From contig CM119263.1 of the NCBI GenBank assembly GCA_051294375.1, forward strand, positions 13,192,199 through 13,256,198: a stretch of DNA of 64,000 nucleotides, given 5' to 3'. A program made the translations under genes and the position numbers. Shown piece after piece: positions 37,529 to 51,664 of this stretch. Origin of the DNA: Paraspadella gotoi. Lineage: Eukaryota; Animalia; Chaetognatha. The notes beneath the pieces are model-generated. The model saw only the letters and a list, made by a program, of their open reading frames with translations. It did no database searches and was not told the origin of the DNA. Position 1 is the stretch's first letter, and the number at the start of each line of letters is the position of its first letter.

Positions 37529-39219
37529 TTTTCATTATTGGCGCAAGAGAACGAATAGAAAACACTGCGGTGATTAGTATTTAATTTTACGTTCTGAGAA
37601 TACAAGCTGCGCATGTTATTTATATATTTAACTCTACCTATTTAATTTTTTATCAATACATAAAATTTGAAATTTTATTTTAAAGCGTTTTCTCATAGTC
37701 CGCCTATCTGTGTTTTTCCCTTATTTTCTGTTCTAATTTTTTTTTTTCAGCGGAAAAAAACTCGTTTCTCTTCGGAATCTCTTATGTTGTGTTCACGAGT
37801 CAGCGCTGATGGTCAATAGAGCTCTCGCAGTTACGCTATGGCAATGCCTTCAATGTTTGATATTTGCATATTGAAAAAATTTCTGCTTCAGTAAGATATC
37901 AGGGTCACGAGTTCTGGTGGCCCCTAAAAGATGAAGATAGCATCCAGCTAGTGCGCCAAGCGGGCTTATACAATCTTATACCAAAAATTCGGAATAATTC
38001 CCAACGTTTGTCCTCTCAAACCTCTCCCATTGGTTCATAGGCTTTTATCATCCTTCTTACATCAAAGCAGATTAATGTTAATCCTCTTTTATGGGTGCAT
38101 GGTTTCAGTTCGGAATGTTTGATACGTTACATGACAGCTTGCGTCGGTTCGCAGCGCTGCATCTAATGCGCCGCGCTCCGCTCCCTCGCTGCCATGTTGA
38201 AAATTCATGGCGTTAGCAGCGTTTAGAGGGCTCTGCTGCATCAGCGCTGTTCCTCCACACATGTCACCAGGCTTAGAGCGATATTGACTGAGCAGTTTCT
38301 GTTTAGCACTAAAGATTGCACGCAGGTTGCAGCCATCAAATGATTTTCTCAGCGCTAACAAGGCTTCGGTGCTGAATTTAATCACATCGCTGAATTTAAA
38401 GATTGCGTATTATGTTCGTCGAATACGAAATTGATTACAGAACTCTGTCAAAACATGGGAATTGGCAACCTGAAAAGAATATATTTTTCTTACCGTCCAC
38501 CTCGACCGAAATCAGTGCGAAGAGCGATTTAAACTCTCCTCTGACTTTTAGAATAATCGAGCGTGCTCCCGGATGTCGTAAACGCCCTAAACGCTTCTGA
38601 GAAGGTTTAACGTTGTAATCCATCGCGTCTTCGCTTCCTTTGTTTACCTTCGTCCGCAATCCTCGCCGCCATCGCCGCCTAGCGGTCATCGAGAGTCGCG
38701 GGGAACAAACAAGCCGTCACACACAGTTTTGTCGGGAATAAAGCGACAAATCCACGATAACCTCCGGAGGGGCCATCTCGTACGTCTCTCTCTCTCGCTC
38801 TCTATTTCCTTCTCTCTCTCTTTCTCCCTCTCGGCCTTTGCTCGTCCGTCGGATTATGCAAAGAAGGGGGTGGTTGATAGAGAGAGGGGGGGGACGAGAG
38901 TTTCTGCTATTGTTTGCCAACCCAGAGACATACATACATTCATATCCGCGGGTCGATGATTGTAAACAGCTTGTACCTCGGTACGAGACGGTCGATCCCC
39001 CTCATCGCCATGTGTTTCGTCTTCCCGTTCCCCTCTCGTTCGGTGGCGTAACCGGCGACGGCGCCGACTTCCGGTTTGGAGGCCGAGGCGATCCCGACCG
39101 TCCGCCATCGATCCAATGTTTATGGATTTTTATTCTCTCTTTATTTCTTGTTTTTTGAATAATTCACAAGTTGAAAGGAAAATGTCGTCGTTCGCGGTAC
39201 CTTCTTCTTCCTTCTCTCT

Positions 39220-39268
<49 letters not shown>

Positions 39269-39647
39269 TCTCTCTCTCTCTCTCTCCTCTCTCTTCCTCC
39301 GGGAAGTCCTCTCTCTCCGCTTCGCTCCCCGCCACGGCGTCGAATCTCGCGCTGCTGCGCTTCCCCGCGGATCGCAGCGTCGCTCCTTCGGCTTCGTCGG
39401 CTTCGTCGGCGTCGTCTTGAGTCGTCGCGATCGTCGCTGTGGTCGTCGCCATCGCGTCGCTCTTCGTCGTCTTCATCGTCGTGAGAATCGACGAAAACGT
39501 CGCTTCGCCCAACCTCGATTTTCAGTGAGAAAAAAAAGTCTTGATAAAAAAATTAACGTTTTTGTCAGTTATGACGATGGCGAGTGTCAAAATGTCCATA
39601 CATAGAATCAGAGAGAGAGAGAGAAGAGAGAGCGAGAGAGAGAGAGA

Positions 39648-39692
<45 letters not shown>

Positions 39693-39949
39693 AGAGAGAG
39701 AGAGAAGAAGGCTAGCGATTCATAACTTTGTCTTTCCGGCCCGGACCTTGTTATGCCAACAGAGATAAGACCCTGGTGCAAATCCGGCCTGCCATAAAAC
39801 ATGAGAATCATCGCGTACATGCCTTAATATAAACCCCTCTTTTTCCCCAACTTTACAACTCTCCTTTTTCACTTTCCTCCCCCATCCGATAAGTCCACTA
39901 TTTTCCCCCCCTATTTTTTTTCTTTGAGGAGCCAAAGACGCTTCTCCTT

Positions 39950-42195
<2,246 letters not shown>

Positions 42196-42250
42196 AATGA
42201 AATTTTATTTTTCTTCCTTATTTTCCAGCGCTTCTGATATTGGCTGAAAA

Positions 42251-42375
42251 GTGCGACGTTTGTGACCCGTGTGAACCGTCACACTCGGTCGCACGAAATT
42301 TGTGACTGCTTGTTGCCGTGTGTGCCGCCTTGTGACCGGCTGTGACTGCTTTGTGACCCGCTTGTGACGGAAGGC
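42251..42375. repeat. Cluster of TGTGAC/GTCACA motifs (~8 in 125 bp); mirror copy ~57350-57474
   Basis: TTTGTGACCC, GTGTGAACC, GTCACA, TTTGTGACTG, TTGTGACCG, CTGTGACTG, TTTGTGACCC, TTGTGACGG. Confidence 0.75.
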
Positions 42376-43184
42376 AGTGAACCGGCTCCATTATTGGTTG
42401 AAATATAAAAAGAAAAGTTGACCGAGGATTTCTATTGGGTCGTATTTGTTTAATTACGATTGGTGGCTTTTTCCTTAAAACTTAAACCTTTTGTTTAAAT
42501 CTTCAATTTTAAAATATTTAAAAATAAAAATCTAAAGAGTGCCGCTTAGAGATACTTTTTAACGTTTCCAAATAATTAAAAAACAAAGAAAATAGCATAA
42601 CAATTTATTGCTTTAAAAACTTAACTCTTTTTATTTTAAAACAAAATTCGACATTAAATTATTATTCATTTTAATTAAAAAATTTAATTTAAAAAAAATT
42701 AAATTTTAGTTAAAATTTTAAAATTCTAAATTCAAAATTCCAAGTAAATGTTAAGTGACAGAGAGAAGATAGAGAAGAGAGAGTGACGACAAAAAAATCT
42801 TGAAGAAAACAATTGGCCAAATTATTTAATTTATTCAAACCTGAAAACCTAAAGATATAGACAACAACAACCTGTTTGATTTCTTTTATTTCTTTATTAA
42901 CAGAGCAAGAAATGAATTTATTTTGGGTAGTATTGAACCACCAAACATTTAGTTAAAAAAGAACCACTATCTTATTGCAACGTCAAATGAAACAGATTAG
43001 AAATCATCAATAAATTTGTACAAATTTTCCCAGGAATAGATAAACATGTGTCAGGAATATTTACGTTGGCAAAACTTTGTAACTGAAATAAGTGATATAA
43101 AAACTATATTTCTTTACTGACATGGCACTATTCAATATAAAGGCATAAGGATCTTAGGATATTCAAATAATTTCAAAGAAAGGA

Positions 43185-43244
43185 AAACCCGACCAGGATT
43201 TGAACTCACAAACGATTTTCCTGTACAATAAGATAACAGCCGGC
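43185..43244 (-). pseudogene. Degenerate, internally shortened tRNA-like/SINE-head relic
   Basis: The minus strand reads GCCGGCTG-TTATCTTATTG...GAGTTCAAATCC-TGGTCGGG-TTTT. The B box is at 43196-43207, and it resembles the unit at 43716. Confidence 0.3.
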
Positions 43245-43715
43245 TGTTTTTCCAAAATGATATTCTTTCAATTATTTAATGACAACTTTATAATTCTATT
43301 CTTCCCCTAATATCTTAAAATTTGAAAAAGAAGATATGTATAAAATTGTTTATATAGTTGCATGAAAGTATAACATATATTTATATCTTTGAATAATAAC
43401 AACTGGCCAGTGGGTCAGCAATAATGCCTTATACAATAAAATAAAACATATTATCAGGCAGGATGGAACCCACACACCTGTTTCAGAAAGAAAGAGTTTT
43501 AAACTGCAAATTGCTAATAGAGCAGCCGTTTTTAGATTTAAAACGACTGGTAATATTCTCCAAAAAATTTCACCAGTGGTGGATAAGACTATATTTTATT
43601 CCTGTACAAATTTATGGAAATATCTTTAAGCTTTCATCATTTTAGCGAGGCGAACATGTAGTCGGGCTTTCCTAGTTCACCATGCTCATAAGGCAGTAAA
43701 CCTTTTTAGTCGTTG

Positions 43716-43796
43716 CCCCCGGTGGCTTATTGAGTAAATCTACTCAGCTTGGGACCATTCTGTACCGGGTTCAAATCCTAACCTGCCAGAGTTTTT
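43716..43796 (+). pseudogene. tRNA-derived Pol III-like unit (SINE head or tRNA pseudogene); mirror copy 55929-56009
   Basis: A-box-like TGGCTTATTGA at 43723 and B box GGTTCAAATCC at 43768-43778 are at tRNA spacing (45 nt). CCA is at 43786-43788 and T5 at 43792-43796. The acceptor stem does not pair, so it is not a functional tRNA. Confidence 0.5.
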
Positions 43797-43797
43797 A

Positions 43798-44595
43798 AAA
43801 ACTATTTTTAAATTTGAACATTATATAAGGTAGTACTTTATTCAAAATAAGCTGACTGGGCTACAATATACATAAGAAAAGAAAATAAGGACAAACTATT
43901 GTTTTTTGCAACAGGAATTGCACAGCATTATTAACAAATCGTTATTTCTCTCCTCCTATTTTTTAAAAGCTTATTAAAAAAAATAATTTTACCTGTGCAA
44001 ATCGTTATTTTTATTTTTGTTTTATATTATTTTTAATTAATCGTGCTATTTCTATTTCTGTGCAAATTGGTACAATACAGCAATTTTACAAAATCGTATT
44101 TCTACTATTATATTTTGCAAGATTTGCCACAGGAAAATAGGATTGGTGCCATAAAATTAAAGATTGCACAGAATTCTTTTCCATTTTTAATTCTGTGCAA
44201 ACTTTTTGCCATAAATATAATATGTACTTTTTACATATATCCTATCTCAATTTTTTATAAAGTTAAAAATTTTGCCGCTATCAATAAAAATCCTTCATTA
44301 AAAAAGGCTTAAAAAGTTAAAACTGCCTAATTACATATTTTGCTATTTTTATTCCTGTGCAAATCGTATAGAATTATTTTTTTTTTAGAGGACAAACAAT
44401 TGGTTTTTGAAACAGATTGCACAGTAGGGTGATAGTGAAAGTTTGGAATCAAAAATCTAGCAGTTATATCTTGAAAAACTATTTATTTAGTGAATACTAA
44501 TCTGTAGTTATTTTCCCCTTATGTATATTGGTGCCCAGTCAGCTTATTTTGTATATAGTAATACCTATATAATGGTCAAATTTAAAAATAGTTTT
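43798..44595. mobile_element. Non-autonomous TIR element (MITE-like), ~800 bp, ~78-bp imperfect TIRs; mirror copy 55130-55927
   Basis: 43798-43876 AAAACTATTTTTAAATTTGAACATTATATAAGG...AAAATAAGCTGACTGGGCTACAATATACATAAG is an imperfect reverse complement of 44518-44595. The interior has many TTGCACAG/CTGTGCAA motifs. No transposase, and the TSD is unclear (TTAA near both ends). Confidence 0.72.
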
Positions 44596-44904
44596 CTTTA
44601 AGGAGAAACAAGTGTTTTTTTTTGAATTGGACATAAACGATTATTTAATGACGGACATGTTCGACTCTTTGGTTCGAGTCTTCATCAACTCACAACTTTT
44701 CAGTTGTTCATTGACTTTGGAGAGAAAGAAAGAAGGAGAGAGAGAGAGAGTAGAGAGAGGAGGAGAGAGAGAGAGAGAGGCTTTCCACCAACAAAGAATT
44801 GAGTAAAGGGACAAAGTGGGGGTTCAGATGTGAGGACAGGTGAAAAGTGAGGGAAGGAAGGAGAAGTAAAAGGTAAAATGTGAAAATTTGGTGAAGAGAG
44901 AGGA

Positions 44905-45955
44905 GAACAGGAGATCAGACTCTCGTCTAAGAAACAAAGATTCAGATCCTCATGGAAAATTTAAAAACCCTTTTTTCAAATTTGTCATTATAGGTTGCAT
45001 TTTATCAAAAATATATTTTTTAAGGTGGAAATTTTAATTTTAAAAAAAATTTATTATTTTTATTTCTATTTCTATTTGCCAGTATTCCTGAGCAATTTGC
45101 GAATTGATTTTTTTATTTTGCACAGGTTTGCGAAGAAAAGACAAGATTATTTTTTGCTCAGGAGTACAGCATACACTAAATAGAAAAAATTTTAAACTGT
45201 TTAAACATAATACCATTTGGTAATGTTACAACATGAAAGAAATAAACAGAATAATAACAAGATTAATAAATAATTGTTGTGAAAAAATTGAAGATTTGAA
45301 ATATGAAAAATTGAAGAATTGAAATTTTGAAATGGAAGAATAAAGTTATGAGGGATAGATAAGATAAAGTAAGAGAAAAAATAAGGTGAGAAGAGCTCAA
45401 AATGATGGCCCCCCCTGGCAGGGCAAATGAAGGGCGTGAAAATGAGCTCGGGTCATTGGTTGTTAATGAGTTGAGAGATTGTGGTGGGTGGGAGAGGTTG
45501 GGATCTGGCAAGGATCCTGCTGGATATGCCAAGCGCCACTCGAATATTCTCTGACCCCTGATATAGCCTGCCGAAGCCCTCTCCTCTCACCTGATGGTGA
45601 GGGCGGGCGATTGTCTGTTCTTGGGGCCTGTTAGAAACAGGAATACAGACTCTAAAGGAACACAGATCAGATTCCTCATGAAGTGATAAGAGAAAATTTA
45701 AACCTTCTTTTTCAATTTATGTCATTAAATAGGTTGCATTACAAAAAGCTATATTTTAAGGTGGGAATTTTAATTTTTATAATAAAATTTATTATTTTTT
45801 TTCTATGTTATTGCACAGTATTCCTAGGCAAATTTTGTGCGACGAATGATTTTTTTATTTTGCACAGGTTTGCAAGAAAGACAAAGAAAATATTTTTTTT
45901 GCTCGGATTTACAGAATTAACAAACTAATAGAAAAAAAAAGTTTTACTGTTTAAA
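44905..45955 (+). repeat. Diverged ~300-bp direct repeats (44905-45205, 45635-45955) flanking a ~430-bp spacer
   Basis: Shared anchors in the same order: AACAGGA, CAGACTCT, TCCTCATG, ATAGGTTGCATT, TTTTAAGGTGG, TTTTTTATTTTGCACAGGTTTGC, ACTGTTTAAA. Confidence 0.8.
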
Positions 45956-47236
45956 TTTATAAAAAGGTTAAAAATTAATAATTGCGTATTTATTTCCTGT
46001 GAAAATCTGTGCAAATCTTTTTTTTAAGATTGCACAGTAAAGACAACAAATTGTTTGCACAGGATTGCACAGCCATTAACATAGAATCTGTCTGCACAAA
46101 TACTAATATGNNNNNNNNNNNNNNNNNNNNNNNNNTGCTTTCGTCCCGCCCCCTCCTCCCTAAAACTTTCTTTCTCTCTATTAAAAGAAGTAACTCTGTC
46201 TCAATCTAAAGTCGGCGACCGCGAGACCGCGAAGAAAAAAGTTCACCTTTCGGCCCAAAACTGGGACGTGTGTCAATCACCGCGCGATCCGTCCGACGAG
46301 GGAGCTTTGGGTGGGAAAGGGGTTTCTGAGATGGGAACGGGAGATGGGAACCTTAAAGGAGCACGTCAGATGGGCGCTTAAGATGGGAATTGAGAACTTG
46401 AGTGTGATAATGAGGGTTCAGCTGAAGAGATGAAGAGAGTATTTGAACTGTACAATTTACAGCTTCATTATTACGGTATTTTCATTTCATTAACGAGAAT
46501 ACAGATGAAACATTGTTTTTGAAGACTTCAGTTTGGATCATTTGTTAAATTGGTTAATAACAACTCCGATCCTCATCAATATAAGTTCTCAAAGTGTCGT
46601 TATTCGTTAATATTTTTATTCGTTGTCATATCTAGACTTTTATGAAGAGAAACAGGAAGAAAGGATAGCGTTCTTACAATGAGAGATTTTTTTCTCCTCC
46701 ACATACTCTTGGGTATTTAAATTAGTACATTCATCATGATGGAATACGTTTACAAATTAATTTAAAAAGTCTTTTAAAGTGTACGGATAAATGATCCCGC
46801 GCAACACAGTCGAGTACCTTCGCTGAAACACCCAAATCGGCTTACATGCACTCACTCTCTGTGCAACCTTTTGCACGCACTCTCTGTCGGTTTCTCCGTG
46901 CGTGCAAGTCCGTTGCCATGGGGCGATTTGCAAATTGAATTTCATAATCCGGGTCTCCCTTTCTTTTTTTTTTTCTTCTTCTCTCCGTATGACCGAAGGT
47001 TTTGATCTTCGCCGCGGGTCCTGAAGGGGGTGACGCGGGCCGACCCGCTAGTCGGGCGGCCCCTTTCGGGCAAACCCCCTTTTAAAAAAAAAAAGGAATG
47101 GGTCGACTACTTTCGGGCGCCCGCCTCCTCGGACGCCCCCTTCGGGATCTCGATTCGTGTTCAGACGTCAATCATTCCTTTTTCGGCCTGAGGGGATGTT
47201 GCGTATTAATTTGCATCCGTCAATAGAGGGGGAGAG

Positions 47237-47335
<99 letters not shown>

Positions 47336-47955
47336 CGCGGTGTATTGATGTCAAAATTGTTAGAAAAGGGTTGCGTTGATCTGCCGCCGACAATGGCGGC
47401 GATCGATGCATATTTTTTTCTTTTTTGCCTATTTAATGGATTCTTTCTCGTTTATTATTCGTTTTTGCCAAAAGTGCCTAATATTTTTTATCCAGATTCA
47501 GTTGATAAGACATGGTTAATGCATCCTCTCTCATAACATTGACTTTTTTCTCCGGTCATCTACGAATTTCGAAAAAAAAATGATTAAAAATTGTTTTTAT
47601 TAAAAATATTAAAGATTAATATTAAAAACATTAAAGATCATTGATGGCTATTATTGACCTATCAATATCAACTTTCAACAACAACGAAGATATCGCTCTA
47701 TCATTTTTTTTATTATATTATTTGATTATATTATAATCTCTGTTTCAAATTCCTTTCCAGCTACAAACCTTGAGAATTTACCGACAGTAAAAAAAAAACC
47801 CTTCTCCCCTATAATTAATTGATGATTGGCAGAAAAACGAGAGAAAAGAAGAGAGAGAAAAAAAAAATCAGGATTCCTGCTCATCCTCTTTGTGTCGCGT
47901 TGGGAGTCAGTTTTTCTTTTTTCCCGCCTTTCATATTTATTCATGATCTTCTGAT

Positions 47956-50040
47956 TTAACATGGATGGGCTGCGCCGAAGACGGGCAGAATCGCCGATGG
48001 GTTTGCTCCGTCAACCAGTGAGGAGCGGGCAGCTGCTTGGTCGGGCGCCGCGCCCGATCGAGGCTGCAGGGGCGAGGGAGGCGAGCGGGCTGGCGCCGGG
48101 AACTCGCCGACCGTAGCGCTGCGAAATTCTGAGCCAGAGTAAGGGAGGCGGGACAGCGAAACCTGCGTCAGAAAGAGAGTTACGCTGAGAGAAGAGAGAG
48201 AAGAAAAAATATTTTTTTACGGACGCAGGTTTTAGTGATCGACTCCTTCGGTTGAATCGAATACCTAATGTCGTCAGCATTAAGCGATTCTCGAAATTCT
48301 GATACTGGGACGCTCGATAGTTCCAAATCAAGCTCCATGACCTCCGGATTATTTCACAGCAGCTGGGTACTTTTAATGAGATGTAGCAATCTCTAGAAAT
48401 GCAGGAATGGAGCAGCTGCAGTAAAAAAATTACGCTGGTCGATCTAGTAGAGGGGGCGTTGGTGCAGACAGTCGGGCTGCCTTTCGTTCCGTTAAATATA
48501 TATGAGCTGGACAGTTTTTTTAATAGCGTTTTGGGATAAAATTGAACCTTGTGCAAACTTATTCACTTTTACGGATAAACTAAACTTGAACAACAATCCA
48601 TGCTGCGGACTTGAACAAAAAGTCTGGAGGCAGGGAACTTATTTTCGAAACACGATTTGTATATTATTTAGAAAATTAAAAAACATATTCAATTTTTGCT
48701 AATCGTTGTCAACTTTCTGACTTTTCTTCGGTTTCTTTTTTTCGTTTGTTATTTATACTTTCTCTTATTTTCTTGTCGCTTTTCTACGTTACAGTAGATT
48801 TTTCTTTTCATTCTTCACAATGAATATTTCTTACCTTGTCACATTCACGCCGTTCTTCGCATTTTTTTTTCGATTCGCTTTTATTCCTAATATGAATTAG
48901 TTGTCGGTGGCCTCGTACTCTATTAGAAATTTGAGTGCGAATAACTGACTCTGAAACGGACCTAAACGTGTAATTTTTGCATATACTAAGTAATAACAAA
49001 AGCGAATTCAAATGGAGAGATATAATTTTCAAACCTCAAAATCTCAAAAAATATTCAAGGGAACGCCCCTCGAATTCAACGCGAAGCAAAATTCCCGAGA
49101 CATTTCGAAAATTAAAAAAAAAAAAAAACGTGGACTCAAGGATTTCCACGGGTTTAAAACCAACTACCTGGAGATTTAAATTTACTCGACAAAGGTTTTG
49201 GAGAAAAAAAATTTTAGGTTTTTCATGCTACAAAGGGATTACGTATATAGTACTATATACGTTACAGGGTCCTCGGGTTGACTCTGTGAGATCCATGAAA
49301 AAAAAAAATGCTAAAACGTAGAAATACGGCATCTACGTATTTGCAAGGACTTTCAACAAGGTTTCTTCTCGCTTCTCCCTTTTTCCATCCATTTCTTTTT
49401 TCTTCAATGTTGAATTTCTTGTTTGTCCTTCTCTCACATGGTTTTTTCTCAATCCTCAATCCACCCATCTAACGGCCAGGCGCCACAACTACCGACCCTC
49501 CCACACCACAATCGACCCTCCCACCCCACAAATCGACCCTCCCACATTTCCAACCGACCCCCCACACCACAATCGACCCCCACACCAAATTACCTCCCAC
49601 ACCATAACCGACCCCTCCCACGGCCACAAACCGGACCCTCCCACACCACAATCGACCCTCCCACACGCACAATCGACCCTCCCACAGCCCACACATCGGA
49701 CCCTCCACACGACATCGAGACTTCGCTCCCACACGCACAATCTACCCTCCCACACCTAACGATTCCGCTCCCCGTCCACAAACTCGACCCTCCCAACACC
49801 ACAAATCGAACCCTCCCACACACAACCGACCCTCCCACCTCCTATAGCCACCCACGACCAAATCGACAGACGTCGCCAGTAGGGGCGTTCTCCAAGAAAA
49901 GTCGTTTGTTCTTTGGCGTCGATGTGTTGGTTCCTTCGATGTCTGTGGTTTGTAACGAGTTTAGCCATAAACGTGTAAATTTCTTTTGTTATTTTTAATG
50001 CGAAATCTCCAAACCTTTGTTGGTATTGTAATATTCTTCT
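47956..50040 (-). CDS. Candidate multi-exon protein-coding gene, product unknown, frames broken by sequencing noise (second copy ~60650-62790)
   Basis: Putative exons ~50038-49859, 48961-48835 (TTTAG|...AAG|GTAAGA), 48623-48221 (CCTCCAG|...) and 48128-47956 (CTCAG|...TAA) have compatible phases. A two-copy consensus reads e.g. VIFLLQLLHSCISRRLLHLIKSTQLLNNPEVMEL.LELSSV. This needs choosing between copies at indels, and no homology is recognised. Confidence 0.33.
49490..49860. repeat. ~20-bp minisatellite (CGACCCTCCCACACCACAAT)n, ~17 degenerate units; second copy ~62205-62590
   Basis: Read directly. It produces the Pro/His/Thr-rich and Gly/Trp/Val-rich ORFs. Confidence 0.93.
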
Positions 50041-51290
50041 TTAGATTAGTAATTCGGAATTTGAGGAAAATAAATATAAAAAAATATATAATAATATATA
50101 TATAACTCGATGCTTCAAGCCGCAATCTCCGTATTCAAAACTCCGTATAAAACGCATTAAACGGCGCCGCGGCGTCCCGGCGGCGCCGACCGCGATGTTC
50201 AGACAGAGTCTATAGAGTCTATGGTGTCTATGGTGTGAATAGCGTCGGGTCGGGGTCCATCGCGCGGCCATTAGGGACCAACGTCAACCGTCTTTCCGTC
50301 TTCGCGCGAGAAGCGATGAAAAATCACTTTCGCCAGACCGACAACCCTGGAAGGAGGAGGAGGAAGAGGAGGAGATTGGGAGTCGGCGAGAGAGAGAGGG
50401 GGGAAGTGAAAGAGGGAGAAAAAAAGGGTGAAAGAAAAATAGGATTTAAGGAAAGGAAAAAAGGAATAAAAGGGGAGGAAACGGTTGAAAAAAAAAGGAG
50501 GAAAGAAAGATGCATTTTCAATTAAAATCTTACGACAAATAAATCATTTTTTTTTACGAATTAAGTAAAATAATGTAATCGATAATCAGCTTTTTTAAAA
50601 TCTAAACCCAGATACTTCCGACCTATTTTGCTATCTGCTCTTCATCGCTTACCCTCACTCACCCTTGTTTTTCAGCTTCCCTTCCTATCAACGCCGCCGA
50701 CCCGAACGACGCCGACGCTTCGCTCGATTTGGCGCCGTTTTTCGACCGCGCGCCGAATCCTGACCGCGCCGGTCCCGATGACGCCGCTTCCTTCTCCGCC
50801 ATTTCGGTTTCCATCGAGAAAAAAAAACTGAATGGAACTCGGATTTGTCGGTCGTGATTGTCGTTTGACGATGACGATTGACAGAGTCACTCGACGATGT
50901 CAGGCGACCTCACGAGGAGAGAGTGAGTTCCTTTCGGGCGCCGGCGCGGCTCGGGCCGCGTCGGTGGGCCGGCCGGTCGGCGAACAACCTTCGCTATCGA
51001 CTCGATTCTGACCCATTGACCCAGAATCTCGTCCTCCGTTTCCTTCGCCTCCGCCGTCGATCTCCTCGCAATTCCGCCCACTCCTCGTCCCCTCTTCCTC
51101 TTCCTCCCTTCGTCTCTACCAATAGACTCTTTTCTCCATCTCTCTCAGCCACCATAGACTGACTGACTTTTAGCCCCTTTTTCTCGACCGATTCTTTCCT
51201 CCCCTTTTCCCCTCATTGAATTCTTCTCTGCCCCGCAACTAACCCCGCGATATTTTCCTTCGTTCGAACTTCCCCCCCATCTCTTCCATC

Positions 51291-51346
51291 ACCCCATCAT
51301 CCAATCACCCCATCATCCAATCACCCCATCATCCAATCATCCCATC
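51291..51346. repeat. 16-bp tandem repeat (ACCCCATCATCCAATC) x~3.5
   Basis: Read directly. Confidence 0.9.
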
Positions 51347-51628
51347 TTGAGAATTCCTCCCAATTTCCATTATTTCTGCTCCGAAAATAATCAATTCTTT
51401 CGCCGCTTCCTTCTGTTCGAATTCCTGCATCCCTCTCGTGGGTGTGCAACCAATCCTGCTTGTCATCCTCCACCCTCAACGACCCTCTGTACCCAAGGCG
51501 CTCCCCACCTTGACCCCCTAAGGATCATGACCACAATAAAAACCCGCGTCGTGAAAACCCCGAAATGCAGCCTCTAAATAAATAAGTCCAAGTTCCGTTG
51601 AGTTTTTTTGACCCCATGGTCTGAGAAG

Positions 51629-51664
<36 letters not shown>

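Larger units (their letters stand above)
46136..51205 (+). repeat. ~5-kb block with an indel-noisy direct duplicate at 58765-64000
   Basis: Both copies start TTCGTCCCGCCCCCTCCTCCCTAAAACTTTC and are collinear throughout. A near-identical core lies at ~48575-48820 / ~61273-61520. Confidence 0.95.

Noticed and set aside
43716-43790. Functional tRNA gene
   Set aside because: The acceptor stem does not pair, the T stem is only partly paired, and there is no clear anticodon arm. Kept only as a tRNA-derived relic.
49423-49998. 191-aa and 225-aa (62022-62699) Pro/His/Thr-rich extensin-like ORFs
   Set aside because: They are read-through of the 20-bp minisatellite, and the frames differ between the two copies.
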